Positions 37,615 through 46,394 of a DNA stretch of 55,459 nucleotides are shown here, in pieces. The position numbers and the translations under genes were made by a program. The notes under the pieces are model-generated. The model had not been told where the DNA came from. It was given only the letters and a program-made list of their open reading frames with translations, and made no database searches. Numbering within the stretch: the first letter of the stretch is position 1; every line of letters begins with the position of its first letter. The stretch comes from a virus (Duplodnaviria; Caudoviricetes). The stretch spans positions 1 through 55,459 of the IMG/VR virus record IMGVR_UViG_3300047476_000267; one strand, written 5' to 3'.

Positions 37615-38469
37615 ATGAAGAAGCTAAACATACTCAACATCCGTACTGATGGGGGCACACAGCCCCGCCTAGAACTTGACCAAGCCATGGTCAAGGACTA
37701 TGCCGAGAAGATGCGGGATGGGATTAAATTCCCACCAATCATCGTCTTCCATGACGGATCGGAATACTGGCTGGCGGATGGATTTCACCGCTACTTTGCA
37801 ACCAAGTCCAATGCCATCACCACCATTGAAGCCGAAGTCAAACAAGGAACGCTGCGAGATGCCATGCTTTTTGCGTGGAGTGCCAACAACCGCCATGGCA
37901 AACCGCCTAAGCCCGAAGATATACGAGCCATCATTCGCAAGATGTTTGAGGATGAGGAATGGGGCAAATGGTCAAACGTGCAGATCGCCAAGCAGTTAGA
38001 AGTATCCATATCCACAGTCCAGCGTTTGCGTGTGGCGTATCAGGAAGAGCACAAAGAGCAAAAGAAGACCACCGTTACCTATGTGGATAAGCATGGCAAC
38101 ACCACAACCATGGAAACTTCTAGCATCAAGAAGAAGACCAAAAAGACAGACCGCCCAACCACCAAGCCTGACCTGACCACCGAGCCATCCGAGGTGGAGC
38201 AGAAGGTCAAAGAACTGGCTGATACAGTCAATACCCTTGCCGAAGAGAACACCCTACTAAGGGACAAGATTGCACTGGGGCAGTGGGATGCGTCTGAGAT
38301 CGAGAAGATTGATGCCGAGGAGACCATCAAGGATCTGCGCAATCAGATCAAGGTGCTTGAGATTGAGAACAAGTCCTTGCGTGAGAGCCGAGACATCTAT
38401 CAGAACGAGAACGCTGAGTTAATCCGCACCGTCAAATCACTGAAAGCCAAGTTAAAGAAGTTTGAATAA
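37615..38469 (+). CDS. ParB-like N-terminal domain protein with HTH and coiled coil
   Basis: GTQPR, FPPIIVF, LADGFHRY, SNVQIAKQLEVSISTV. Confidence 0.8.
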   Translation: MKKLNILNIRTDGGTQPRLELDQAMVKDYAEKMRDGIKFPPIIVFHDGSEYWLADGFHRYFATKSNAITTIEAEVKQGTLRDAMLFAWSANNRHGKPPKPEDIRAIIRKMFEDEEWGKWSNVQIAKQLEVSISTVQRLRVAYQEEHKEQKKTTVTYVDKHGNTTTMETSSIKKKTKKTDRPTTKPDLTTEPSEVEQKVKELADTVNTLAEENTLLRDKIALGQWDASEIEKIDAEETIKDLRNQIKVLEIENKSLRESRDIYQNENAELIRTVKSLKAKLKKFE

Positions 38470-38518
38470 GGCGTAAGCCAAGCCCAAGCCAGAGGGATTC
38501 TGGTAGTTAGGAGTGTGA

Positions 38519-39997
38519 ATGGATTTAGAGTTACGAGAGCATCAAATGCACGTGGTCAATGCCTTGCGTGAGGGATTTAAGCAAGGACATCGAACCCAAC
38601 TGCTATATGCCCCAACTGGATTTGGTAAGACCGAAGTAGCCATCTACCTGATGAAGGCTACGAAAGACAACTACAAGCGTGCAGCGATGGTGCTAGACCG
38701 CATTGTTTTGGTCGATCAGACGAGCAATCGCCTGACCAAATACGGCATCAACCATGGGGTATTCCAAGCCGATCACTGGAAGTTTGACCGCACCAACAGA
38801 CTTCAAGTGTGTTCTGCCCAAACCCTAGAAAGACGAACCAACTTTCCAGAGATCGACCTCTTGATCGTGGATGAGTGCCACATTACTCGTGAGCAGACAT
38901 CTGAGTTCATCAAGAGCAACCCCAAGGTAAAGGTCATAGGACTCACTGCTACGCCGTTTACCAAAGGGTTAGGGGATTTGTATTCCAATGTGGTTTGCGG
39001 GGCTACAACCGAGGATTTGGTGGCAAACAAGTGGCTTACCCCACTGCGGGTGTATATCGCCAAAGAAATCGACATGACTGGCGTGAAAAAGGTCGCTGGC
39101 GAGTGGTCAGCCGACCAAACTACCGAGAGAGGGATGCAAATAACAGGCGATATTGTCGATGAATGGATCAAAAAGACCCATGAAGTGTTTGGCAAGCCTG
39201 TTAAAACCATTGTTTTCTGCTCAGGTGTAGCCCATGGCGCACATCTAGTCGATAAGTTTGCTCAAAAAGGCTACAACTTTGTCTCAATATCCTACAAAGA
39301 CAATGACGAATTCAAACGGGCAGCCATCGAGGACTTTGCTAAACCCGATACCGAGATCAATGGTTTGATTGCTACCGACATTCTGACCAGGGGTTTCGAT
39401 GTCTCCGATGTCCTAATCGGTGTGTCTGCCCGACCCTTTTCCAAGTCGCTATCGAGCCACATCCAACAGATGGGGCGGGTGATGCGAACCCATGAGGGTA
39501 AGGAGTTTGCCCTATGGCTAGACCATTCAGGCAACTACCTACGCTTTCGAGACGACTGGGATGAGGTTTACTCCGAGGGCGTCAAGACCCTAAACAGCAA
39601 GGTCGAGAGAGCCAAGAAAGAGCCGACTGAGAAGACCAAGAAGGAATCCAAATGCCCTGAGTGCGGATACCTATGGCCTAAGAACAGCGATACTTGCCCC
39701 GCTTGTGGTCATGTCCGCAAACGCAGAAACCTAGTCGAATCCGTGGCTGGTGAACTGGTCGAACTGGTATCAGGCAACAAGGTGAAGAAAGATGACAAGC
39801 AGATCTTCTACTCCGAACTGCTTTACTACGCCAACCAACGCAACTACAACCCGAACTGGGCGAGCCACAAATACAAGGAGAAGTTTGGGGTATGGCCTCG
39901 TGGACTAGAAGATACCCAAGTCCCCCCATCAATTAACACCATGAAGTGGATTACGCACAAACAAATTCAGTGGGCAAGAAAGAGAGATAGAGCATGA
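38519..39997 (+). CDS. Superfamily II DNA helicase with Zn ribbon
   Basis: APTGFGKT, DECH, GLTATP, QQMGRVMR, CPEC...CPAC. Confidence 0.9.
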   Translation: MDLELREHQMHVVNALREGFKQGHRTQLLYAPTGFGKTEVAIYLMKATKDNYKRAAMVLDRIVLVDQTSNRLTKYGINHGVFQADHWKFDRTNRLQVCSAQTLERRTNFPEIDLLIVDECHITREQTSEFIKSNPKVKVIGLTATPFTKGLGDLYSNVVCGATTEDLVANKWLTPLRVYIAKEIDMTGVKKVAGEWSADQTTERGMQITGDIVDEWIKKTHEVFGKPVKTIVFCSGVAHGAHLVDKFAQKGYNFVSISYKDNDEFKRAAIEDFAKPDTEINGLIATDILTRGFDVSDVLIGVSARPFSKSLSSHIQQMGRVMRTHEGKEFALWLDHSGNYLRFRDDWDEVYSEGVKTLNSKVERAKKEPTEKTKKESKCPECGYLWPKNSDTCPACGHVRKRRNLVESVAGELVELVSGNKVKKDDKQIFYSELLYYANQRNYNPNWASHKYKEKFGVWPRGLEDTQVPPSINTMKWITHKQIQWARKRDRA

Positions 39998-40176
39998 TCG
40001 TTAGAAAGCGAAGGGGCAAGAACGAACTCATGCCCATCAAGATAACCAAGGTCGAATACGACCTATGTATCAAGATGGGGCTGACAGTCGAGCAGTTTGT
40101 CAAAGAATATGTAGCCATGATCGCCAAGCAAAGACGCTGGAAGTGGTGGTTTGAGAGAACAGGAGAAACCAAATGA
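39994..40176 (+). CDS. Hypothetical protein
   Basis: Coupled ORF. Confidence 0.5.
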   Translation: MIVRKRRGKNELMPIKITKVEYDLCIKMGLTVEQFVKEYVAMIAKQRRWKWWFERTGETK

Positions 40177-40640
40177 ACGCATACGAATTAGCAGAACAAG
40201 CCGAAGGATTGGCTTATGAAATACCAGCAGATTGGTCAAGTGGCGAACCTAAAAATGTTGCTACTGATATTGCCAATATGCTACGCCAACAAGCACAAGC
40301 GATAGCTACGCTATCTGACCGCATAGCGGAGTTGGAAAAAAGTGCTGAACCAGTAGCATGGATTAAAAAAGATACTTTGATTTTTCTAGGTAATTACGAA
40401 TTTGGCTCAATCACCATTCAAGTCCAAAAACAAAAGGACAATGAGTTTGATATTCCACTCTACACCACACCACAAATAAAAGAGTTAAGTGATAGAGAAT
40501 TAGTTGTGTTTTTAATGGATGAAATTGACAGAGCGTCAAAATGGCTTGTTGATGGTGAAACTCATATGGCTATAGGAGTATTAGGTCAATGTCATGCCAA
40601 AATAAGAAAGCATTTAAGCAATACTAAAGAAAGCGAGTGA
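40173..40640 (+). CDS. MNAYELA-family hypothetical protein
   Basis: Shared N-terminus and MLRQQA/TPQIKELSD modules. Confidence 0.65.
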   Translation: MNAYELAEQAEGLAYEIPADWSSGEPKNVATDIANMLRQQAQAIATLSDRIAELEKSAEPVAWIKKDTLIFLGNYEFGSITIQVQKQKDNEFDIPLYTTPQIKELSDRELVVFLMDEIDRASKWLVDGETHMAIGVLGQCHAKIRKHLSNTKESE

Positions 40641-40643
40641 GAA

Positions 40644-40940
40644 ATGAACGCATACGAATTAGCAGATATTGTAGATAGATGGGCATATAAAGAAAGTGCG
40701 GAGTATTTGACTGATGCCGCCAAAATGCTTCGCCAACAAGCAGACCGCATACGCAATTTAGAAAAAACACTTGGCTTTAAAAATAGTGGATATGAAACTA
40801 TTAATTTAACACCTCAAATAAAAGAGTTAAGTGATGAGGAAATAATTGAAATAGGTAATGCAGTTGTAAACCTTATTGATTCCAATGAAGGATGGATTGA
40901 ATTTGCTAGAGCAATACTAAAGAAAGCGAGTGAGAAATGA
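40644..40940 (+). CDS. MNAYELA-family hypothetical protein
   Basis: Same modules; ends KKASEK. Confidence 0.65.
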   Translation: MNAYELADIVDRWAYKESAEYLTDAAKMLRQQADRIRNLEKTLGFKNSGYETINLTPQIKELSDEEIIEIGNAVVNLIDSNEGWIEFARAILKKASEK

Positions 40941-41224
40941 GTGGCGGTTCTTATGATTATTTTTATTCTAAAGTCAATGATATTGCTGATGAAATCCGTT
41001 TAATTAACCCTGAAAGAGAGGCATTTGTTAAACATCTTCGTAAAGTTGCCAAAGCACTGCATGACATTGAATGGGTAGATAGTTGCGATTATAGCAAGGA
41101 AGGTGAAATTGAAGCCATTATGAAATGTATTACACCTAAGGATGTTTTAGAAATTGCCGTTGAAAAAGCAATAAAAGCCTCTGATGATTTGAATAGGGCT
41201 ATAAAGAAAGCGATTGAGAAATGA
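40937..41224 (+). CDS. Hypothetical protein (MSGGSYDY family)
   Basis: LHDIEWVDSCDY motif; ends KKAIEK. Confidence 0.65.
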   Translation: MSGGSYDYFYSKVNDIADEIRLINPEREAFVKHLRKVAKALHDIEWVDSCDYSKEGEIEAIMKCITPKDVLEIAVEKAIKASDDLNRAIKKAIEK

Positions 41225-41478
41225 ACGCATACGAATTAGCAAATAAGATGGAACAATTAGCTGGTCATTTTCACAATGAAGCAATTAATATGCTTCGCCA
41301 ACAAGCAGACGAGATTGGCTCACTCAAAGCAAGACTAAAACAATTAGCAGAAGAAATAGGATGCTACAAGATTGAATTGGAATTGCACAAAGCCATGATT
41401 CAAGACTTAGAAAAGGGTCTGGAGTCATCCTTAGCATTGAACAAGGCTCAGGCAGAGCGGAAAGCGAGTGAGAAGTGA
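41221..41478 (+). CDS. MNAYELA-family hypothetical protein
   Basis: Same N-terminus; ends RKASEK. Confidence 0.65.
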   Translation: MNAYELANKMEQLAGHFHNEAINMLRQQADEIGSLKARLKQLAEEIGCYKIELELHKAMIQDLEKGLESSLALNKAQAERKASEK

Positions 41479-41885
41479 AGTTTGACCCCAAGAAAGAACC
41501 AATGTGGTTAAGTGACGAGATTGGTATCCGATTGTTTAATTGGTGCTTGTGTATTGATGAGAAAGCCTATGTCAAAGCCTTATCCCAGTTAACTAAAGAG
41601 GGTAAACATTTGACCCCTAATTGGCCTGATGATGGTGCGAGGTGCCAATTTGTAATGTGTAATGGAGAGGCAACAGATTGCGTTGTAATGCTTGTTGAAA
41701 AGAAAGACCCGATTGAAAACGCAGTTTTGTTGGTGCATGAAGCTGTGCATATTTGGCAGATGTTTTGTCAAACCATAGGGGAAAGAAACCCAAGCGATGA
41801 GTTCATGGCATACACCATACAAAACATTACCCATCGGCTATATCACGCTTATCAGATGGCGCTAGAACACAGGGAGAAGAAATGA
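41475..41885 (+). CDS. Zincin-like (HExxH) protein
   Basis: LVHEAVH...DEFMAY. Confidence 0.6.
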   Translation: MKFDPKKEPMWLSDEIGIRLFNWCLCIDEKAYVKALSQLTKEGKHLTPNWPDDGARCQFVMCNGEATDCVVMLVEKKDPIENAVLLVHEAVHIWQMFCQTIGERNPSDEFMAYTIQNITHRLYHAYQMALEHREKK

Positions 41886-42061
41886 ACGCATACGAATTAG
41901 CTGATTATTTAGAAAAAGATTTTCAAATTCAAGAAGCAGTCATTGACATGCTAAAAGAACAAGCAGACCTTATAAAACAAGCATCTCAATTTATTCAAGA
42001 GCAAGGATTAGAAAGACAGTGGATTGTTTGGTCAACGCTAAAGAAAGCGAGTGATAAGTGA
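41882..42061 (+). CDS. MNAYELA-family hypothetical protein (59 aa, not in ORF track)
   Basis: MNAYELADYLE...LKKASDK; overlaps at both ends. Confidence 0.65.
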   Translation: MNAYELADYLEKDFQIQEAVIDMLKEQADLIKQASQFIQEQGLERQWIVWSTLKKASDK

Positions 42062-42879
42062 GATTTGAGGATTTCGCACGATCCCATGGGCTAATCATTG
42101 ACTATGTAACCCCATTCAAATGGGTATCAACACCAACAGAAGACCATCCCCGTAAGAAGAATGGCAGATACAAGTTCATGGGTGATGTCGGCTGGGTGCA
42201 GAATTGGGCAACCATGGATAAGCCAAGTATATGGAAACCACAGGGAAATTATGCACCAACCCCACAGTTCCTAAAACAGAAAGACCAAGCGATCAATGAA
42301 CGCAAACGACTGGCTGAAAAGGCTGCTGCCAAAGCGGGATGGATCATGCACCAGACCGAACTTCTGCACCATCCCTATCTTGTGAAAAAGGGATTCCCAG
42401 ATGAGATGATGCCAGTTTGGAATACGCCAGAGGGCGAAAACAAGTTAGTCGTTGCCATGCGTAAGGGTGGCAGAATAGTGGGATGCCAACTCATCAATGA
42501 CGAGGGGGATAAGAAGTTTCTCTATGGTCAAGAGACGAAGGGGGCAGTCTTTACCCTTGACGCAAAGGGTGTCCCAATCTTCTGCGAGGGTTTGGCTACT
42601 GGACTCTCGATTCAGGCGGTAATGCGTGCTAATAAAATGCGATACACGATCCATGTTTGCTTTAGTGCAGGAAACCTCAAGGAAGTAGCGAGTATTATCC
42701 CCAATGGGATAGTCGTTGCTGACAATGACCCCAGTGGTGTCGGCGAACGAATCGCCAAAGAGACAGGCAAACCTTATTGGATCAGTAATACAGTCGGGCA
42801 TGATTTCAATGATGACTATCTTGCTCATGGTGCGTTCCGTATGTCCCAGTCCCTTAAAAAGGTCTTAATGGGCAAATGA
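42058..42879 (+). CDS. Toprim-domain DNA primase (TraC-like)
   Basis: HPYLVKKG, QLINDEGDKKF, CEGLATGLS, ADND, DFND. Confidence 0.85.
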   Translation: MRFEDFARSHGLIIDYVTPFKWVSTPTEDHPRKKNGRYKFMGDVGWVQNWATMDKPSIWKPQGNYAPTPQFLKQKDQAINERKRLAEKAAAKAGWIMHQTELLHHPYLVKKGFPDEMMPVWNTPEGENKLVVAMRKGGRIVGCQLINDEGDKKFLYGQETKGAVFTLDAKGVPIFCEGLATGLSIQAVMRANKMRYTIHVCFSAGNLKEVASIIPNGIVVADNDPSGVGERIAKETGKPYWISNTVGHDFNDDYLAHGAFRMSQSLKKVLMGK

Positions 42880-42882
42880 TAT

Positions 42883-42914
42883 AGAAAAACCCCCAGTCAA
42901 ACTGCACTGGGGGT
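42883..42914 (-). terminator. Intrinsic terminator of the leftward gene block
   Basis: ACCCCCAGT/ACTGGGGGT stem with TTTTCT tail on the minus strand, between convergent genes. Confidence 0.8.
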
Positions 42915-42936
42915 ATCCATTTACTGCTAGGTAAAC

Positions 42937-43083
42937 CTATTCGGGCTTTTGGTCTTTCTTCTGCTCTAATTCCTCAACCCGCTTGATTAAAGTCTCAACT
43001 CGGTCATTCCACAACTGAGAATCCACCGACTGAGGCCATGTAATCAAGTGTTCTTTTATTAGTTCTAATACAGTTTTAGTCAT
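42937..43083 (-). CDS. Hypothetical protein (48 aa)
   Basis: Fills the gap; overlaps the upstream stop. Confidence 0.5.
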   Translation of the reverse strand: MTKTVLELIKEHLITWPQSVDSQLWNDRVETLIKRVEELEQKKDQKPE

Positions 43084-43246
43084 TAGGATCAACCTCATCT
43101 ACATCTACAACCTCGGTTTCCCACTCATCCACATCTTTTGAATTTGCTTCATCAAGGGCATATTCATCAGGATCTTCCCCATTTGGCACATCCACCTCAA
43201 CATAGGTAGTTCCAGTAAACCGCACCCTTACTCCGTATCTACGCAT
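43076..43246 (-). CDS. Small acidic hypothetical protein
   Basis: GAGGGGG RBS; start trimmed relative to the ORF track. Confidence 0.55.
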   Translation of the reverse strand: MRRYGVRVRFTGTTYVEVDVPNGEDPDEYALDEANSKDVDEWETEVVDVDEVDPND

Positions 43247-43442
43247 CATCATCCCCCTCATCCCATGATTCTTGTTTAACCCCCACCACGCAAAGGTATG
43301 CACCTCTAGCACTGGGATCAATGTTAAAGTCTCGGCAGATATCATCCCAGTCTCTTGGCATGATCTCAGGATCAAGGTATATCCATCCACCTTTAGGAAG
43401 GACTGTATAGCCCTTGCTTTCCACCTCAGTTTTGGTAAGCAT
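43239..43442 (-). CDS. Hypothetical protein
   Basis: Coupled ORF. Confidence 0.55.
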   Translation of the reverse strand: MLTKTEVESKGYTVLPKGGWIYLDPEIMPRDWDDICRDFNIDPSARGAYLCVVGVKQESWDEGDDDA

Positions 43443-43635
43443 CTTCCAAGTCCTTTATGTAATTGATCTCATGGGTTTGTTCTTCACCATAGACTATTTC
43501 TTCTCTGTTCCAGTATCCCTGATCGTAAAGTTTTCGTGCCTTTTTCTCTGCATCTTTTTCACTGTTTGCTTCCACTTTGACGATATAGATAGTGGTTTCA
43601 TTCCTAGAAAATACTACTTCGTATTTAGAAGGCAT
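43426..43635 (-). CDS. Hypothetical protein (VEANSEKDA motif)
   Basis: GAGGAG RBS; common small phage protein pattern. Confidence 0.55.
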   Translation of the reverse strand: MPSKYEVVFSRNETTIYIVKVEANSEKDAEKKARKLYDQGYWNREEIVYGEEQTHEINYIKDLEDAYQN

Positions 43636-44269
43636 TTTCAATCTCCTCAAGTTCTTGTTTCTTGGCGATCAACTGGGCAGATAGTTCAGGATCATCTTTT
43701 TCTTTCAATGTTTCTTCCAGTTCCTCGATCTCACTAGCAAGATCATCAGCCCGATATTCTTTCATGCTGATAGAAATGCCAAACTCAGAATCAATGGATT
43801 CGGGAATGTTCTCTTGCACCCACTTCCAATCCCCATCAATCCCGTAGGTTTCTTCTGATCCATCCACATATTCACCACAGAAGGCACAACCGCCCTCGTA
43901 GTAAAGGGCATTGACCCCATAACCCTGATCCACCAACTTATCAAAAATCCCAGTAGGCGGACTCCAAGCAGTAGAAAACGAGACCCTGATTTCTTTCTCA
44001 TGGATATCAATGTAGGCTTCATCCGTTGTGATCTCCCACTTTGTTCCCCAGTTCTGAACCCGCCAGTCCCACCACGCAGATTCAGGGCTAACAGGATCAT
44101 CATTACCCTTGATACTGGGGAATGTAGGCCTTACCTTAACCTTGTTGTAATCAGGCTCAGGGTAGATAGTTCCAAAGAATTTGTTTGCTTTCCACGCATC
44201 CACAAGGGTTTGGATTTTCTTGGGATCATCATGGGTTATATACACAGTGTTATCGCACCAATTAGGCAT
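43625..44269 (-). CDS. YubB/Api92-like ferredoxin-domain protein
   Basis: MPNWCDN, WRVQNWGTKW, FSTAWSPP, YYEGGCAFCG. Confidence 0.75.
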   Translation of the reverse strand: MPNWCDNTVYITHDDPKKIQTLVDAWKANKFFGTIYPEPDYNKVKVRPTFPSIKGNDDPVSPESAWWDWRVQNWGTKWEITTDEAYIDIHEKEIRVSFSTAWSPPTGIFDKLVDQGYGVNALYYEGGCAFCGEYVDGSEETYGIDGDWKWVQENIPESIDSEFGISISMKEYRADDLASEIEELEETLKEKDDPELSAQLIAKKQELEEIENAF

Positions 44270-44426
44270 TTTCAAACTCCTTTATCAAGTCAATTTTTGT
44301 TTGTGCATCTTCTTTAGTAGTAAACATAAGGTTATGCCCAGTATGATCCACATACTCGGTATAACCATCTTCATCTTGAATAATCCAATAGTCTTGGACT
44401 AATTCCACTGGTTTCCAATTAGGCAT
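44262..44426 (-). CDS. Hypothetical protein (54 aa, not in ORF track)
   Basis: GAGGAGTGTGA RBS; fills the gap exactly. Confidence 0.55.
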   Translation of the reverse strand: MPNWKPVELVQDYWIIQDEDGYTEYVDHTGHNLMFTTKEDAQTKIDLIKEFENA

Positions 44427-44703
44427 CTTCACACTCCTCTTGACTAACTATTACTTCAACATATTCACCCTCGTATGGCACTTCGGTAATCATGTAGTAA
44501 ATGCGATTCACTAAGTGATACCCATTGACAAGGTAAGTCCCACCATCCCCATCAACATAAGTCCACACCCTCTTGGGATCGCAATCCGCAACCCCCAATA
44601 CATAGCCCAGTTCGATCCCATAGGTCTCGAAATAGTCCACACCATCCTCGTTTAGATGGTTTGGAATGGGCTTGTATTTGGCACTCCAAGAATCAAAGTC
44701 CAT
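44419..44703 (-). CDS. Hypothetical protein
   Basis: FETYG, VWTYVDG, GYHLVNRIYY motifs; start trimmed. Confidence 0.6.
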   Translation of the reverse strand: MDFDSWSAKYKPIPNHLNEDGVDYFETYGIELGYVLGVADCDPKRVWTYVDGDGGTYLVNGYHLVNRIYYMITEVPYEGEYVEVIVSQEECEDA

Positions 44704-44707
44704 AGGA

Positions 44708-45187
44708 TCACCAACTGGCTTGATAGTAAAACTCATACTGATCTTCGGGCAGTGATTCCAGAGCATTGGTAATGCCCTCAACAGTCCTTTTCAGATCATC
44801 CCAATACCATTCATCTTTTTCGTATGTTCCGAAAAATGGGCCTTGCATTGGCTCTAAATCCTCATCCCTTTCGGCATCAGGATTCTCAAGAATGTCTTTG
44901 CACAAGTCCCGCAACTCCACCAGTTTCTCTCTCGGCACATAGGATTGCTGACACTCATCCACCCCGCCCTGACAGTTTTCCACGAACCACCCATGAATAG
45001 CGTTTGCTTTTCGCCAATACATAGCATCCACCGATACTTCCTTGACCACAAGGCTCGATCCCGCAAAGCGTTTTTCAGGATTACCATCAACCCCAATCAT
45101 TTCATTGACCTTTTGAGATATTTCCTTGTCCTCGTCTCGGTGAGACGAAAGATATCTCTTGGCAGTTAAATACATATCTAATCCCAT
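44708..45187 (-). CDS. Hypothetical protein (MGLDMYL family)
   Basis: YWRKANAIHGWF, FFG..E.DEWY, YYQASW. Confidence 0.7.
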   Translation of the reverse strand: MGLDMYLTAKRYLSSHRDEDKEISQKVNEMIGVDGNPEKRFAGSSLVVKEVSVDAMYWRKANAIHGWFVENCQGGVDECQQSYVPREKLVELRDLCKDILENPDAERDEDLEPMQGPFFGTYEKDEWYWDDLKRTVEGITNALESLPEDQYEFYYQASW

Positions 45188-45213
45188 AACATTCTCCTAG
45201 CAGTTAAAAAGTT

Positions 45214-45270
45214 ATTGATTGCCGAATGACAATCCTTATGCCCTCACACAAGGGCATAAAGGTATCACTC
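45214..45270 (-). ncRNA. Intergenic two-hairpin RNA motif, copy A
   Basis: GAGUGAUACCU-hairpin-GGAUUGUC/GGCAAUC; homologous to 47104-47163. Confidence 0.55.
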
Positions 45271-45520
45271 AGGGCATCACTGGCAAACAGGATTGATTAT
45301 CATCACTGGTAAACAATGCACCCCCACCATTCCCCTCATCATCACGACTGGGGAAGAACCAAAGACCATCTTCGGTTTGAAAAGCGATTGACCTTTCATA
45401 CCAACCCATCTGATCCCTTTCTTCCTTTGTCATGTATCGCACATCAACGATCCGTTTATTGAGCAACAGTTTCTTGGCAACCACATTCCAATACTTGTCG
45501 TAATCTTTAATTTCTTCCAT
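45269..45520 (-). CDS. Hypothetical protein
   Basis: PSRDDEGNGGGALF motif; GGGGAG RBS. Confidence 0.65.
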   Translation of the reverse strand: MEEIKDYDKYWNVVAKKLLLNKRIVDVRYMTKEERDQMGWYERSIAFQTEDGLWFFPSRDDEGNGGGALFTSDDNQSCLPVMP

Positions 45521-45529
45521 CACACTCCC

Positions 45530-45607
45530 CTAGTTAAATACAACGATTGCAGACCACACCACATATGCAACATACGCTAAACAAATAGCCAGTATCCAGT
45601 CCCACAT
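45530..45607 (-). CDS. Single-TM peptide (25 aa)
   Basis: MWDWILAICLAYVAYVVWSAIVVFN; TAATG coupling. Confidence 0.4.
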   Translation of the reverse strand: MWDWILAICLAYVAYVVWSAIVVFN

Positions 45608-46095
45608 TAGAAAATCCTTCCGTTTTCATCAAACTCATAATTGTTGATTTCCATCATTTCCTCGACTGCTTCATCTGAGTAGTGATATTCAATGTCCCGA
45701 TTGATAGCGATCAGTGCAGACTCCAATGCCTGATGAAAGGCATACATGGCATCACCAGTTTTCTTAAATTCCTCAAAGAATGACTGGATCATGGTGCAGT
45801 CCAACCACATACCTGATTTGGGCAAATACCCAGTTTTGGCTAGTTTCTTGGCATCTTCCAAGGTGAACCCTCTGAAATGATGGTTTTCAACATCAGTCTT
45901 TAGAAATTCACCCCGCCCACCAATCGACCAGTCTTTCAAAGTAATCCCAAAATGCTCACAGAAGGCTTTGATTGAATCAATGTTCTCCTGATGCCAAGGG
46001 TAGTCCATGCCATTGATATACCAGTCTTTAGCCCTTTGCTTTGCTTTACCATCTAACTCAGAGTATTTGTAGATTGATAATTCAGCAACTCTCAT
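45607..46095 (-). CDS. Hypothetical protein
   Basis: YKYSEL..KAKQRAKDW...SDEAVEEM..N.YEFDENG pattern of mobile-element proteins. Confidence 0.65.
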   Translation of the reverse strand: MRVAELSIYKYSELDGKAKQRAKDWYINGMDYPWHQENIDSIKAFCEHFGITLKDWSIGGRGEFLKTDVENHHFRGFTLEDAKKLAKTGYLPKSGMWLDCTMIQSFFEEFKKTGDAMYAFHQALESALIAINRDIEYHYSDEAVEEMMEINNYEFDENGRIF

Positions 46096-46115
46096 TTCTA
46101 TCTCCTAGCAGTTTT

Positions 46116-46209
46116 GACAAAGACCCAGTGCAATTTGCGGACTCATGCAATAAAGCAATTTGCGGACTCATGCACTGGGTTTCGACTATTCAAGTCTCAT
46201 CAGTTTGCC
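46116..46209 (-). ncRNA. Type I hammerhead ribozyme
   Basis: GGCAAA-CUGAUGA-GACU(UGAAU)AGUC-GAAA-CCCAGUGCA...UGCACUGGG-UC^UUUGUC; all core nucleotides and three stems present. Confidence 0.9.
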
Positions 46210-46394
46210 TAGTAATCCTCATTCTCTTCCCACAAGCGGGGATCAATCAGTCTTTGCCCGAAAGCATTGAACAACTGTCCACAATCACAGGCAATGTCTT
46301 CACCTGAACCATCCGAGCAGACCTCACGATTGCAGTCGCATTTCCACACACGCAGTAGAACCCGACCAGTGTCTTCATCAAATTCAACTCGCAT
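46209..46394 (-). CDS. Small Cys-rich hypothetical protein
   Basis: CDC...CDCGQLFNAFGQRL. Confidence 0.6.
   Translation of the reverse strand: MRVEFDEDTGRVLLRVWKCDCNREVCSDGSGEDIACDCGQLFNAFGQRLIDPRLWEENEDY

Larger units (their letters stand above)
40171..42061 (+). repeat. Array of gene-junction repeats
   Basis: AAATGAACGCATACGAATTAGC x4 (40171, 40642, 41219, 41880); AAAGCGA(G/T)TGA(G/T)AA(A/G)TGA x5, ending 40647, 40940, 41224, 41478, 42061. Confidence 0.9.

Noticed and set aside
40171-42061. CRISPR array or integron attC array
   Set aside because: Spacing is gene-sized and irregular, repeats are not palindromic, and no cas or integrase gene was seen
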